A stretch of DNA of 64,000 bases from assembly GCA_965207885.1 (NCBI GenBank), contig OZ242311.1, forward strand, positions 4,096,001 through 4,160,000, in the 5' to 3' direction. Source of the stretch: Candidatus Latescibacterota bacterium. GTDB lineage: Bacteria > Latescibacterota > UBA2968. A program made the position numbers and the translations under genes. This document shows positions 49,381-58,274 of the stretch, in pieces (positions within the stretch are counted from its first letter, which is position 1; each line of letters opens with the position of its first letter). Under the pieces are notes generated by a model that was not told where the DNA came from, did no database searches, and saw only the letters and a program-made list of their open reading frames with translations.

Positions 49381-52300
49381 ATGATGGACCGTCAGTCTGC
49401 CTTATTGCCGCGCATTTCAGTGAATCGCCCCGTTACGGTTGCGATGTGTCTGGTCGCGTTATTACTGGTGGGTATTATGGCCTATTTCCGCGTACCGGTG
49501 AAATTTTTCCCCTCGGGATTTACACCGGCTTTTTTGTATGTGGATATTGAATACAATCACCGCAACGCCTCGCCCCAGGAAGCCGAACAACAAATCGCCC
49601 GCCCACTGGAAGAACAGTTGCGCGCGGTAAAGGGCATAAAGAAAATTCGCACGTACAGCGCGTCTTATGGCGTGGATGCGCCCATTGAGTTTCAGCCCGA
49701 TACAGATATGGTCCTGGCTTATAATCAGGTGATAGATCGCCTTGAGCGTCTCAAATTAGAATTGCCAGAAGAGGTACGCGATCAAGTCTATGTGTATAAG
49801 TTTAATGTAGATAGCTGGTCCATTATGTGGGCGGGCGTCTCTCTGGATCCATCGGTTGTCGATCCCTATCAGTTCTTAAACCTGCATGTGAAACGGCGTT
49901 TGGAGCGGGTCGAGGGCGTGGGTAGAGTCAGCTTTTGGGGCGTGGATGAGAAAGAAGTCATGATCGAACTCAGCCACGAGCGATTGATGACCCGGGGGGT
50001 GGATTTGGGAACGGTGGTGCAATCGCTGCGCTCGGACAACTTCGCGCTTTCGGTCGGGCATGTGCGCGAAGGCGGCAAGCGATTTTTTGTGCGCTCACTC
50101 GCCAAATATCAAAGTGTAGATGAAATCAAAAATATTCTCATTCGCACCCCCCGGAGCGAAGTGCGTCTTGGAGATGTATCAGACATAGTTTACGACATCC
50201 CCGGACGGTCCTGGTATCAGCGCATTGATGGACGAGAAGCCGTATCAATAGCGATTTATCAAGAATCGGGCGCCAATATTGTAGAAGTATGCGAGCGCGT
50301 GGTGGCGGCTTTTCAGGAGATTGAAAGCGATCCGTCGATGGAAAAAAAGATCGCTTTTAATGTGTTTTTTAATCAGGGCGAATACATTAGCGATTCAATT
50401 CGCAATTTGGAAACCACAGGACTTTGGGGCGGGTTATTTGCCGCGATGGTTCTGCTATTCTTTTTGAAAACATTGCGCATGACAGCGATTATCACCCTAT
50501 CTATTCCCCTGTGCGTGATGATTACGATTACAGCACTTTATTTTCTCGGCTGGTCGCTCAATGTGCTGACCATGATGGGCCTGATGGTAGGCGTGGGAAT
50601 GGTGGTCGATAATGCCATTGTAATCCTGGAAAATATCTATCGCATGCGCGGCAAAGGGCTGCCCGGCAAAGAAGCGGCCATCGCAGGTGCTGGCGAAGTC
50701 GGATTGGCGATCACTATGGCAACGCTCACAACTGTTGTCGTATTTTTGCCGCTGATGCTGATGAGCGGCAGTGTAGAATTGACCTTTTTTCTCGCGCGCA
50801 TTGGTGTGCCGGTTGTGGTCGCACTTGTGGGATCGCTATTTGTGGCACTCATTTTTATTCCGCAGGCATCATTGCGTTTTGGAGGTTCCCAGGTCAAAGC
50901 CGACCCCTCGATAATTCAACGCACGCGCCATTATTACACACGCATGCTGAACTGGACACTCACCCATCGGCGCGATGCATTTTTGATCGCTCTCGCCCTG
51001 CTCGGAAGCATCAGCTATCCAATGAACGAACTCAAGCGCGGCGATTCAGACGGCAGCATGCTCAATGATTTTCGCATCGAGTTCAGTTTTCCAAAGGATT
51101 TTGGCATTCGAGATGCCAGCGACACAATCGCAGAAGTCGAGGATTTTTTAGATGCCCGCCGCGAGAAATACGGCATAGAGACCATGCGCGTGTGGTTTAG
51201 ATCTACGTATGGCTCTATTCACGTCTTTCTGAAAAAGACCAATGAAGCCTGGTGGCAGACAACCTATAAATCCGTACGCGCATTGATCGGTATTCCCATA
51301 CAACAGCATCTAACACGCAACGCCGTCATCGAAGACCTGAAAAAGCACGGCCCCCAATTTGTAGGCGTCAAAGTGGCTGTACAGGGGCAAAGCAGGAGCG
51401 GTGGTGAAGGCGGTGATTCTGCCGTTTCACTGGCTCTCTATGGGGATAATGTCGATGTACTCGCGAATCTGGTGCAAGAGGTTGACCGACGGCTAAAAGA
51501 AATCCCCTCGGTCATAAGCGTAGATTCAGACCTGGAACGCGCCAATGATGAAGTACAGGTCATTATCGACCGGGAACGCGCACAAAAATTTGGACTCGTA
51601 GCTCGAGACGTGGGACGCAGCATTGGTTTCGCGCTCCAGGGCGTACAATTGCCCTATCTCCAGTCTGACAACCACGAAATCAGGGTGCGGCTGTATTTGG
51701 AAAAATTGAACCAGCAAACACTGCAACGCCTGAAGCGTTTGACTTTTCCGTCTGAAACGGGCACACAGGTTTCATTGCTGGACTTTGCCACCCTGCGCGT
51801 AGATCAAGGACGCGGCACCATCAGGCGAGAAGATGGCAAAACGCGGTTGCGGGTGCGGGCTTTTACGACCAAAGAAGATATCAAAGAACTGTATGGAGAA
51901 ATTGACCGCGCAATGGAAGGATTTGAAATGCCGCGCGGTTATACCTGGGACAAAGGGGAAAGATATTCCAAGCTGCGGGAAGAAGATTACACCATGTATT
52001 TCGCCGCGATTATGGCCGTGACCTGTGTCTTCCTGTTGATGGGCGTTTTGTTCGAGTCCTTTATCCTGCCATTTTCTGTTTTGTTTTCCATCCCGTTTGC
52101 CGGTCTGGGGGTTTATTGGACACTTTATGCGACCCAAACACCTATGGCAGGATTGGCCATGGTAGGTATCATTGTGCTCATCGGTGTGGTCGTCAACAAT
52201 GCGATTGTGCTAGTCGATATGGTGAACCGCCTGCGCGCGGAGGGCATGAATAGAACCGCTGCAATCATGGAAGCCGGTGCAAATCGCTTTCGCCCCATTA

Positions 52301-52557
52301 TGATGACGACATTTACAACAGTCTGCGGCCTTTTGCCAATGGCTCTGGGAAGCAGTAAAGTTCTGGGACAGCCCTATGCACCTATGGGATTCACCATGAT
52401 CGGCGGCCTGCTCTCTTCGACTCTGCTTACCCTGCTGCTCGTCCCCTTGTTTTACACATTTTTGGATGACTTACGCTCAGCCCTCAAAAGGCTGACAAAT
52501 AGTGCCTTCAACGCGCTGAAAGTTGGCGACACACAGGCGGCAGACATGGCGGATTAA
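49381..52557 (+). CDS. RND efflux transporter permease (AcrB/CzcA family)
   Basis: SVNRPV, GMVVDNAIVILENIYR, GVVVNNAIVLVD, RFRPIMMTT. Confidence 0.95.
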   Translation: MMDRQSALLPRISVNRPVTVAMCLVALLLVGIMAYFRVPVKFFPSGFTPAFLYVDIEYNHRNASPQEAEQQIARPLEEQLRAVKGIKKIRTYSASYGVDAPIEFQPDTDMVLAYNQVIDRLERLKLELPEEVRDQVYVYKFNVDSWSIMWAGVSLDPSVVDPYQFLNLHVKRRLERVEGVGRVSFWGVDEKEVMIELSHERLMTRGVDLGTVVQSLRSDNFALSVGHVREGGKRFFVRSLAKYQSVDEIKNILIRTPRSEVRLGDVSDIVYDIPGRSWYQRIDGREAVSIAIYQESGANIVEVCERVVAAFQEIESDPSMEKKIAFNVFFNQGEYISDSIRNLETTGLWGGLFAAMVLLFFLKTLRMTAIITLSIPLCVMITITALYFLGWSLNVLTMMGLMVGVGMVVDNAIVILENIYRMRGKGLPGKEAAIAGAGEVGLAITMATLTTVVVFLPLMLMSGSVELTFFLARIGVPVVVALVGSLFVALIFIPQASLRFGGSQVKADPSIIQRTRHYYTRMLNWTLTHRRDAFLIALALLGSISYPMNELKRGDSDGSMLNDFRIEFSFPKDFGIRDASDTIAEVEDFLDARREKYGIETMRVWFRSTYGSIHVFLKKTNEAWWQTTYKSVRALIGIPIQQHLTRNAVIEDLKKHGPQFVGVKVAVQGQSRSGGEGGDSAVSLALYGDNVDVLANLVQEVDRRLKEIPSVISVDSDLERANDEVQVIIDRERAQKFGLVARDVGRSIGFALQGVQLPYLQSDNHEIRVRLYLEKLNQQTLQRLKRLTFPSETGTQVSLLDFATLRVDQGRGTIRREDGKTRLRVRAFTTKEDIKELYGEIDRAMEGFEMPRGYTWDKGERYSKLREEDYTMYFAAIMAVTCVFLLMGVLFESFILPFSVLFSIPFAGLGVYWTLYATQTPMAGLAMVGIIVLIGVVVNNAIVLVDMVNRLRAEGMNRTAAIMEAGANRFRPIMMTTFTTVCGLLPMALGSSKVLGQPYAPMGFTMIGGLLSSTLLTLLLVPLFYTFLDDLRSALKRLTNSAFNALKVGDTQAADMAD

Positions 52558-52578
52558 TTTTGCTCACCTTCTTGAACC

Positions 52579-53604
52579 TCACGAAAGTTCGACATCCACT
52601 GGAGCTTTTCGCTCAATACTATCGCAAATCGCCTCGCATACCACCATCGCCTGACACGCATCTCGCAGGGTTGGTGAACCTGACTCCCCTTTTTGTACAG
52701 CCCGCGCAAAAGCCTGCATTTGCCCCCAGTATCCACTTCGTTTTTCCGCATTGTCCCGCACTGCGGGCGAATAAGATTGGGATGGAATACCGGGCGAGGG
52801 TTGGTATCCCCCTTCGGGCGAGTGGGGTTCAAAATCCAACGTGTGCAAATTCACCAAACGCAAATGCGCCCGCGCATCGCCCGCCGCTTCAATTTTGCAC
52901 GTCCAGTTCGGGGTACAACCCGTCAGCGTAATCATTCCGGTTGCACCGCTATCAAAATGCGCGGTACAGGCAATTGCAAATCGCCCGCCCTCACCAACCG
53001 ACAAATCCGCGTAAACCCGCTCGATTTCCCCACCCAAAAAACGCGCGAGATCTACCGCGTGTGTTGACTGAAAAATCATATACTGCCAGCCCGCGCGATA
53101 GTCTGAATCATCCGGCCACATCGGACCTGGCATAAAATACCGACTCTCCAAAAAAAGCAATTTCCCAAACTCGGGCGTCGCCATCAATTCCCGAAATTTC
53201 TGCACCCCGGGCGCGTGTCGCATGTTGTGACCAATCTGCGTAATAAGCCCTCGCCCCTCAGCCATATCGGCCAACTCGCGCGCATGGGCTGTTAAACGCG
53301 CCGAAGGCTTCTCCATCATCAACGGCAACCCCGCTGCCAGCACCTGCTTGCCGCACTCAAAGTGCATATCCGGTGGCCCCACAACCATCACGGCATCTAG
53401 ATCTTCCTTCTCTATCATATCAGACAAATTTGTGTACCATCTTCTCGCCCCAAAAAATCGCGCATTACGCTCTGCCAGTTCCACTTGCAAATCACAGCAG
53501 GCGTACAGATCCAATTCTGGTATGGTTGCAAAATTGGGATACCACGATGCACTCGCCTGTCTCCCACAGCCTACAAATCCAACGCGAACAGGTGCGTCAC
53601 TCAT
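52579..53604 (-). CDS. Gfo/Idh/MocA oxidoreductase
   Basis: VGFVGCG, MEKP, GHNMR, HAVD. Confidence 0.9.
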   Translation of the reverse strand: MSDAPVRVGFVGCGRQASASWYPNFATIPELDLYACCDLQVELAERNARFFGARRWYTNLSDMIEKEDLDAVMVVGPPDMHFECGKQVLAAGLPLMMEKPSARLTAHARELADMAEGRGLITQIGHNMRHAPGVQKFRELMATPEFGKLLFLESRYFMPGPMWPDDSDYRAGWQYMIFQSTHAVDLARFLGGEIERVYADLSVGEGGRFAIACTAHFDSGATGMITLTGCTPNWTCKIEAAGDARAHLRLVNLHTLDFEPHSPEGGYQPSPGIPSQSYSPAVRDNAEKRSGYWGQMQAFARAVQKGESGSPTLRDACQAMVVCEAICDSIERKAPVDVELS

Positions 53605-54149
53605 TTTTCACCCCTCAGTTTATTGCGAAACGACTTGCGAAACTTTTGTACTTTGGGATTGATAACAAAGATGCAATACGGTTGATATGGATTTTCGACA
53701 AAATAATTCTGATGATACGCTTCCCCCTCATAAAATATTGGAAGTGGCGCAATCTCCGTCACAATCGGATCAGCCCATAAATCCGATGCCTCTGTCTCTG
53801 CCATTGACTGCTCGGCAATTTTCTTCTGCTCTTCATCGTGATAATAGATCACCGATCGATACTGCGTACCCACGTCATTCCCCTGACGATTCAATGTCGT
53901 TGGGTCATGAGTACGCCAAAAAATGAACAGAATCTCCTCAAACGAAATCACAGTCGGATCAAACGCAATCTGCACCACCTCTGCGTGTCCTGTGGTACCC
54001 GAACACACCTGCTGATACGTCGGGTTCTCTACTGCCCCTCCCGTGTACCCCGACACGACTTTATGCACGCCAATCACATCCTGATAAATCGCCTCCACGC
54101 ACCAAAAACACCCGCCCCCGAGCGTCGCGGTCTCCATTGTACTGGACAT
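53601..54149 (-). CDS. msrA: Peptide methionine (S)-S-oxide reductase
   Basis: GGCFWCVE, SGYTGG, GTTGHAE, HDPTTLNRQGNDVGTQYRS, YHQNY. Confidence 0.97.
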   Translation of the reverse strand: MSSTMETATLGGGCFWCVEAIYQDVIGVHKVVSGYTGGAVENPTYQQVCSGTTGHAEVVQIAFDPTVISFEEILFIFWRTHDPTTLNRQGNDVGTQYRSVIYYHDEEQKKIAEQSMAETEASDLWADPIVTEIAPLPIFYEGEAYHQNYFVENPYQPYCIFVINPKVQKFRKSFRNKLRGEK

Positions 54150-54194
54150 ATTAATACTCCTTATATGGCTATTTACACGCTACACTTTTCACTC

Positions 54195-54223
54195 ATCATA
54201 TTCCCCCCCACACCTTTTGTCAA
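54195..54223 (-). promoter_or_regulatory. sigma70 promoter of msrA operon
   Basis: TTGACA-N17-TATGAT on the minus strand. Confidence 0.7.
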
Positions 54224-54265
54224 GGCGAAATCAGAATCCCACCGCACAGCGGATGGCGATTTTCT

Positions 54266-54295
54266 ATTTGACACACGCGCGCGATCCTGTCAAAT
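54266..54295. promoter_or_regulatory. Dyad overlapping the promoter of the fucosidase operon
   Basis: ATTTGACA-N14-TGTCAAAT; also reads TTGACA-N17-CAAATT. Confidence 0.5.
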
Positions 54296-54346
54296 TAAAC
54301 CCTTGTTTTAGACCGCTACTTTTCCCCAACCTTAAAGGAGATTTAC

Positions 54347-55171
54347 ATGCCCCAACGGGAATTCAACCTCAAATACGCTCCGCACTACGGCCATTTCTCA
54401 AACAGCGCGGGCGATGACTATCTCGACCAACTCAAATACGCCGCAGATCAGGGCTTTACAGCCTGGGAAGACAATGGCATGCCCAAACGCGACATAGGAA
54501 TGCAAGAAAAAATCGCCGCAGAAATGACCCGATTAAACCTCGAAATGGGTGTTTTTGTCGCCACGGGATCTTTTTCAGATGTCACATTTGCCGGCGACGA
54601 TGAAGATGCAAAACAGGCTGTGCTAAAAGATATTAAATCCGCCATAGAAGTTGCCAAGCGCGTAAATGCAAAATGGTGTACAGTCGTACCCGGCCTTTAC
54701 GACTTAAAACTCGCGTGGGATTATCAAACAGCCAATGTGATCGAACTGCTCAAACGATGCTGCGACATTCTCGAAGAATCGGGTCTGGTAATGGTATTGG
54801 AACCGCTCAATCGCCTGACGAACCACCCCCGCGTTTATCTGGCTGGCTCGCCACAGGCATATCTGGTCTGCCAGGCCGTCAACCACCCGTGTTGCAAAAT
54901 CCTCTTTGACATCTACCATCAGCAAATCACCGAAGGCAATCTCATTCCCAACATCGACCGCTGCTGGCCTGAAATCGGTATTTTTCAAGTGGGCGACAAC
55001 CCCGGTCGCAAAGAGCCCACCACTGGTGAAATCAACTACAAAAGTATCTTCAAGCATCTACACGAAAAAGGCTGCACGAGCATCGTCGGCATGGAACACG
55101 GCATCAGCCTGCCCGGCAAAGAAGGCGAAGACCGTCTGATCCAGGCTTATGTCGAATCGGATGATTTTTAG
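54347..55171 (+). CDS. Hydroxypyruvate-isomerase-like TIM-barrel protein
   Basis: VLEPLN, KILFDIYHQQITEGN, GDNPGRKEPTTGEINY, GMEH. Confidence 0.9.
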   Translation: MPQREFNLKYAPHYGHFSNSAGDDYLDQLKYAADQGFTAWEDNGMPKRDIGMQEKIAAEMTRLNLEMGVFVATGSFSDVTFAGDDEDAKQAVLKDIKSAIEVAKRVNAKWCTVVPGLYDLKLAWDYQTANVIELLKRCCDILEESGLVMVLEPLNRLTNHPRVYLAGSPQAYLVCQAVNHPCCKILFDIYHQQITEGNLIPNIDRCWPEIGIFQVGDNPGRKEPTTGEINYKSIFKHLHEKGCTSIVGMEHGISLPGKEGEDRLIQAYVESDDF

Positions 55172-55187
55172 GTAAGGAGTCTATCTC

Positions 55188-56186
55188 ATGAAAGCAATCC
55201 TCGTCGGCCTCGGTGGTCGTGCGCGTCACTGGCAGGCCGCGTGTGAAGCACATCCCGAAGTCGAATTGGTCGCCTATGTCGAACCCTCAGCAGAAAACAA
55301 AAAACGCGCGATAGAAGAACGCGGCGTACCCGCGAATCTCATCTACGACGACCTCAGCGATGCCGCCTCAGTAGAAGCCGACTTTGTCGTTGATGTCACC
55401 CCACCCGCTGTTCACGAAATCATCGCAATGAAAGCCTTTGATGCGGGCCTCAATCTATTGGGCGAAAAACCCCTGAGCGATAACTTCGAAGCCGCTAAGC
55501 ACATCGTTGAGGCGGGCAAAAAAGCGGGTGTCAAACACATGATCACACAGAACTATCGCTTTAATGAACTGCCCCGAACCACAAGGCGCTTGCTCGAAGC
55601 CAGACATATTGGCGACGTGGCGCAACTCGACGTATCGCTCTATGTCGATTGGGCAGACAATCCGGGCAGCCACTATGTGACGGAACCCTATATGTTCCTC
55701 ACCGACATGGGCATCCACCACTTTGACATGATGCGCTATACCCTCAATGCCGACCCCATCAGCGCACACGCCATCACCTGGAATTTGCCCTGGGGCTGGC
55801 ATCAGGGCGACGCCTGTCAGATTATCGTCTTCAAATTTGAAAACGGCATTGTCGCCACACATCGCGGTATTGGCTGCACAATGGGACATGTGCCTGCAGG
55901 ACACAACGGCGAATGGCGCTACGAAGGGCCAAAAGGCACGCTCACGTGGGAGGGCTTTGACCTCTTTTACACACTCAAGCACAAACAGAATCCACAAATC
56001 CGCGAGCAAATCGAACTCGACGAAAGCGACGGACCAAATCCCGTGCTCAACGAATTTGTTCGCGCCCTTCAAGAGGACCGCCAACCCGAATGCAATGCCG
56101 AAGACAATCTAAAATCCATGTCCATGGTCTTCGGAGCCGTCACGAGTGCAAAGGAAGGACGAGAAGTACAGCTATCAGAGCTATAA
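55188..56186 (+). CDS. Gfo/Idh/MocA oxidoreductase
   Basis: VGLGG, GEKP, QNYRF, DMGIHHFD. Confidence 0.9.
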   Translation: MKAILVGLGGRARHWQAACEAHPEVELVAYVEPSAENKKRAIEERGVPANLIYDDLSDAASVEADFVVDVTPPAVHEIIAMKAFDAGLNLLGEKPLSDNFEAAKHIVEAGKKAGVKHMITQNYRFNELPRTTRRLLEARHIGDVAQLDVSLYVDWADNPGSHYVTEPYMFLTDMGIHHFDMMRYTLNADPISAHAITWNLPWGWHQGDACQIIVFKFENGIVATHRGIGCTMGHVPAGHNGEWRYEGPKGTLTWEGFDLFYTLKHKQNPQIREQIELDESDGPNPVLNEFVRALQEDRQPECNAEDNLKSMSMVFGAVTSAKEGREVQLSEL

Positions 56187-56198
56187 AAAGGAGAACAC

Positions 56199-57506
56199 AT
56201 GGTAGATCTACAGGGTGACACAAGCTGGTTTACACACGACCGTTTTGGACTGTTCATCCACTGGGGATTGTACGCATTGCCCGCGCGACACGAGTGGGTG
56301 AAGCAGCGAGAAGAAATACCCGACGCGCAATACGGTCGTTACTTAAAATACTTTGATCCGGATTTGTACGATCCCGAAGCGTGGGCAGATGCAGCGGCCA
56401 ATGCGGGCATGAAATATTTTTGTGTCACCACCAAACACCACGAAGGCTTTGCGCTGTGGGACTCCAAACTGACGGAATACAAAGCGACCAACACCCCCGC
56501 GCGCAGGGACTTGTTAAAACCCATGGTAGAAGCATTTCGGTCACGCGGAATGAAGGTCGGCTTTTATCACTCCCTGATCGACTGGCACCATCCGCATTTC
56601 AGAATTGACGCTGTTCACAGCATGCGGAATCATCCCGATAAGGACAAGCTGAACGAACCCCGCGATCAGGCCCAATACGCGGCGTATCTGCGCGGTCAGG
56701 TCCGCGAATTGCTCACCGAATACGGTAAAGTGGATATGCTCTTTTACGATTTTAGTTATCCAGCCGGCGCAAGGGGCAGGCCCGAGGGTTTTGACGGCAA
56801 GGGACGAGATGATTGGAACAGCATCGAACTGATGAAAATGACGCGCGAGTTGCAGCCGGGTATTGTGATTAACGACCGGCTGGACTTGGACGATGTGGAA
56901 GGCGGATGGGATTATCGCACACCCGAACAATTTATGCCGCGCGAGTGGGTCACCTATCAGGGCGAACGCGTATTGTGGGAGACCTGTCAAACATTTTCGG
57001 GGTCGTGGGGCTATCACCGCGATGAAACAAGTTGGAAAAGCATCGAGCAACTGGTGCAAATGCTGGTCGGCGTGGTAAGCCGCGGGGGCAATTTATTGCT
57101 CAATGTTGGACCGACCGGACGCGGGGTATTTGACGATCGAGCATTGGATTGCCTAAACGGAATGGGCGAATGGATGAAATGGCACAGCCGATCCATTTAT
57201 GGCTGTACTGCCGCGCCAGAGGAATTTCAGACGCCGGAGGATTGCCGCTTGACCTACAATCCCGACACCAATCGGCTGTACGTACACCTGTTCACCTACC
57301 CGTTTCGCCATCTGCATCTCGACGGATTTGCTGGCAAGGTAGAATACGCCCAGTTATTAAACGATGCTTCAGAAGTGCGATTTCACCAGCCCCGCGCTGG
57401 ACACACGGGAGACAGCAGTATCGAAAGAGAAACCCTGACACTGGAATTGCCCGTGCAAAAACCCAATGTGACAGTACCCGTAGTCGAGTTGTTTTTGAAG
57501 GAGTGA
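56199..57506 (+). CDS. Alpha-L-fucosidase (GH29)
   Basis: RFGLFIHWGLY, AGMKY..TTKHHEGF, SLIDWHHP, YDFS, INDR, WETC, GGNLLLNVGP. Confidence 0.96.
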   Translation: MVDLQGDTSWFTHDRFGLFIHWGLYALPARHEWVKQREEIPDAQYGRYLKYFDPDLYDPEAWADAAANAGMKYFCVTTKHHEGFALWDSKLTEYKATNTPARRDLLKPMVEAFRSRGMKVGFYHSLIDWHHPHFRIDAVHSMRNHPDKDKLNEPRDQAQYAAYLRGQVRELLTEYGKVDMLFYDFSYPAGARGRPEGFDGKGRDDWNSIELMKMTRELQPGIVINDRLDLDDVEGGWDYRTPEQFMPREWVTYQGERVLWETCQTFSGSWGYHRDETSWKSIEQLVQMLVGVVSRGGNLLLNVGPTGRGVFDDRALDCLNGMGEWMKWHSRSIYGCTAAPEEFQTPEDCRLTYNPDTNRLYVHLFTYPFRHLHLDGFAGKVEYAQLLNDASEVRFHQPRAGHTGDSSIERETLTLELPVQKPNVTVPVVELFLKE

Positions 57507-57510
57507 AAAA

Positions 57511-58218
57511 ATGACAATGACAGAAACGGACTTGCGAAAACTCAATGCCGACGAGTTGGAAATCTATCGCGAACAGGGCTATGTGATCGTGCCAGATATA
57601 TTTCCGCTGGAGGAACTCGCGGAAATCGACCGCGAGATCGATCGACTTCAGGAAACACAAAAAAAAACGGGGCGCAACAAGGGATGGATCATGCAGTTGG
57701 GATTGCGATCAGAAGTGACCCGCCAATTTGCCCAGGATGAGCGGGTATTGACACTGATCGAAGACATTGTAAAACCCGGCATTTCGATTTATTCGGCCAA
57801 ATTGACGGCAAAAGTGCCGCATTCCAACGACATCTGCCACTGGCACCAGGACGACGCGTATTACAATACACGCGCCCTGAGCAAAACGCGCATGTCCACC
57901 TGGATACCACTACAGGATGCAGATGAGACAAATGGGTGTTTGTGGGTCGTGCCACAAAGCCACAAGGGCGGCGTGGTCACGCATGGACCATTTGGCGGAC
58001 AATGCCCAAAATGTATGGGACCCGCCGATCTCATGTTCGACGATGCGATCCCCTGTCCTGTAAAAGCCGGGGATATCCTTTTATTTCACGCCTGTATGTG
58101 GCATCATTCCAAAGGCAACCAGACAGACCATATACGGCGGGCGTTTATTGTCTCGTATCAAGAGGCCACTGTGCTGCGTGGTAATGGCGATCAGTATAAA
58201 ATTCTGAGATCCGCATGA
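57511..58218 (+). CDS. PhyH family dioxygenase
   Basis: YREQGY, WHQDDAY, NGCLWVVPQSH, HHSKGN..RRA. Confidence 0.9.
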   Translation: MTMTETDLRKLNADELEIYREQGYVIVPDIFPLEELAEIDREIDRLQETQKKTGRNKGWIMQLGLRSEVTRQFAQDERVLTLIEDIVKPGISIYSAKLTAKVPHSNDICHWHQDDAYYNTRALSKTRMSTWIPLQDADETNGCLWVVPQSHKGGVVTHGPFGGQCPKCMGPADLMFDDAIPCPVKAGDILLFHACMWHHSKGNQTDHIRRAFIVSYQEATVLRGNGDQYKILRSA

Positions 58219-58274
58219 GGAGATGGTAGAACAGGAGTTTGGGATCTGTTATTCCCGCTCGACTTTCACCTTGT

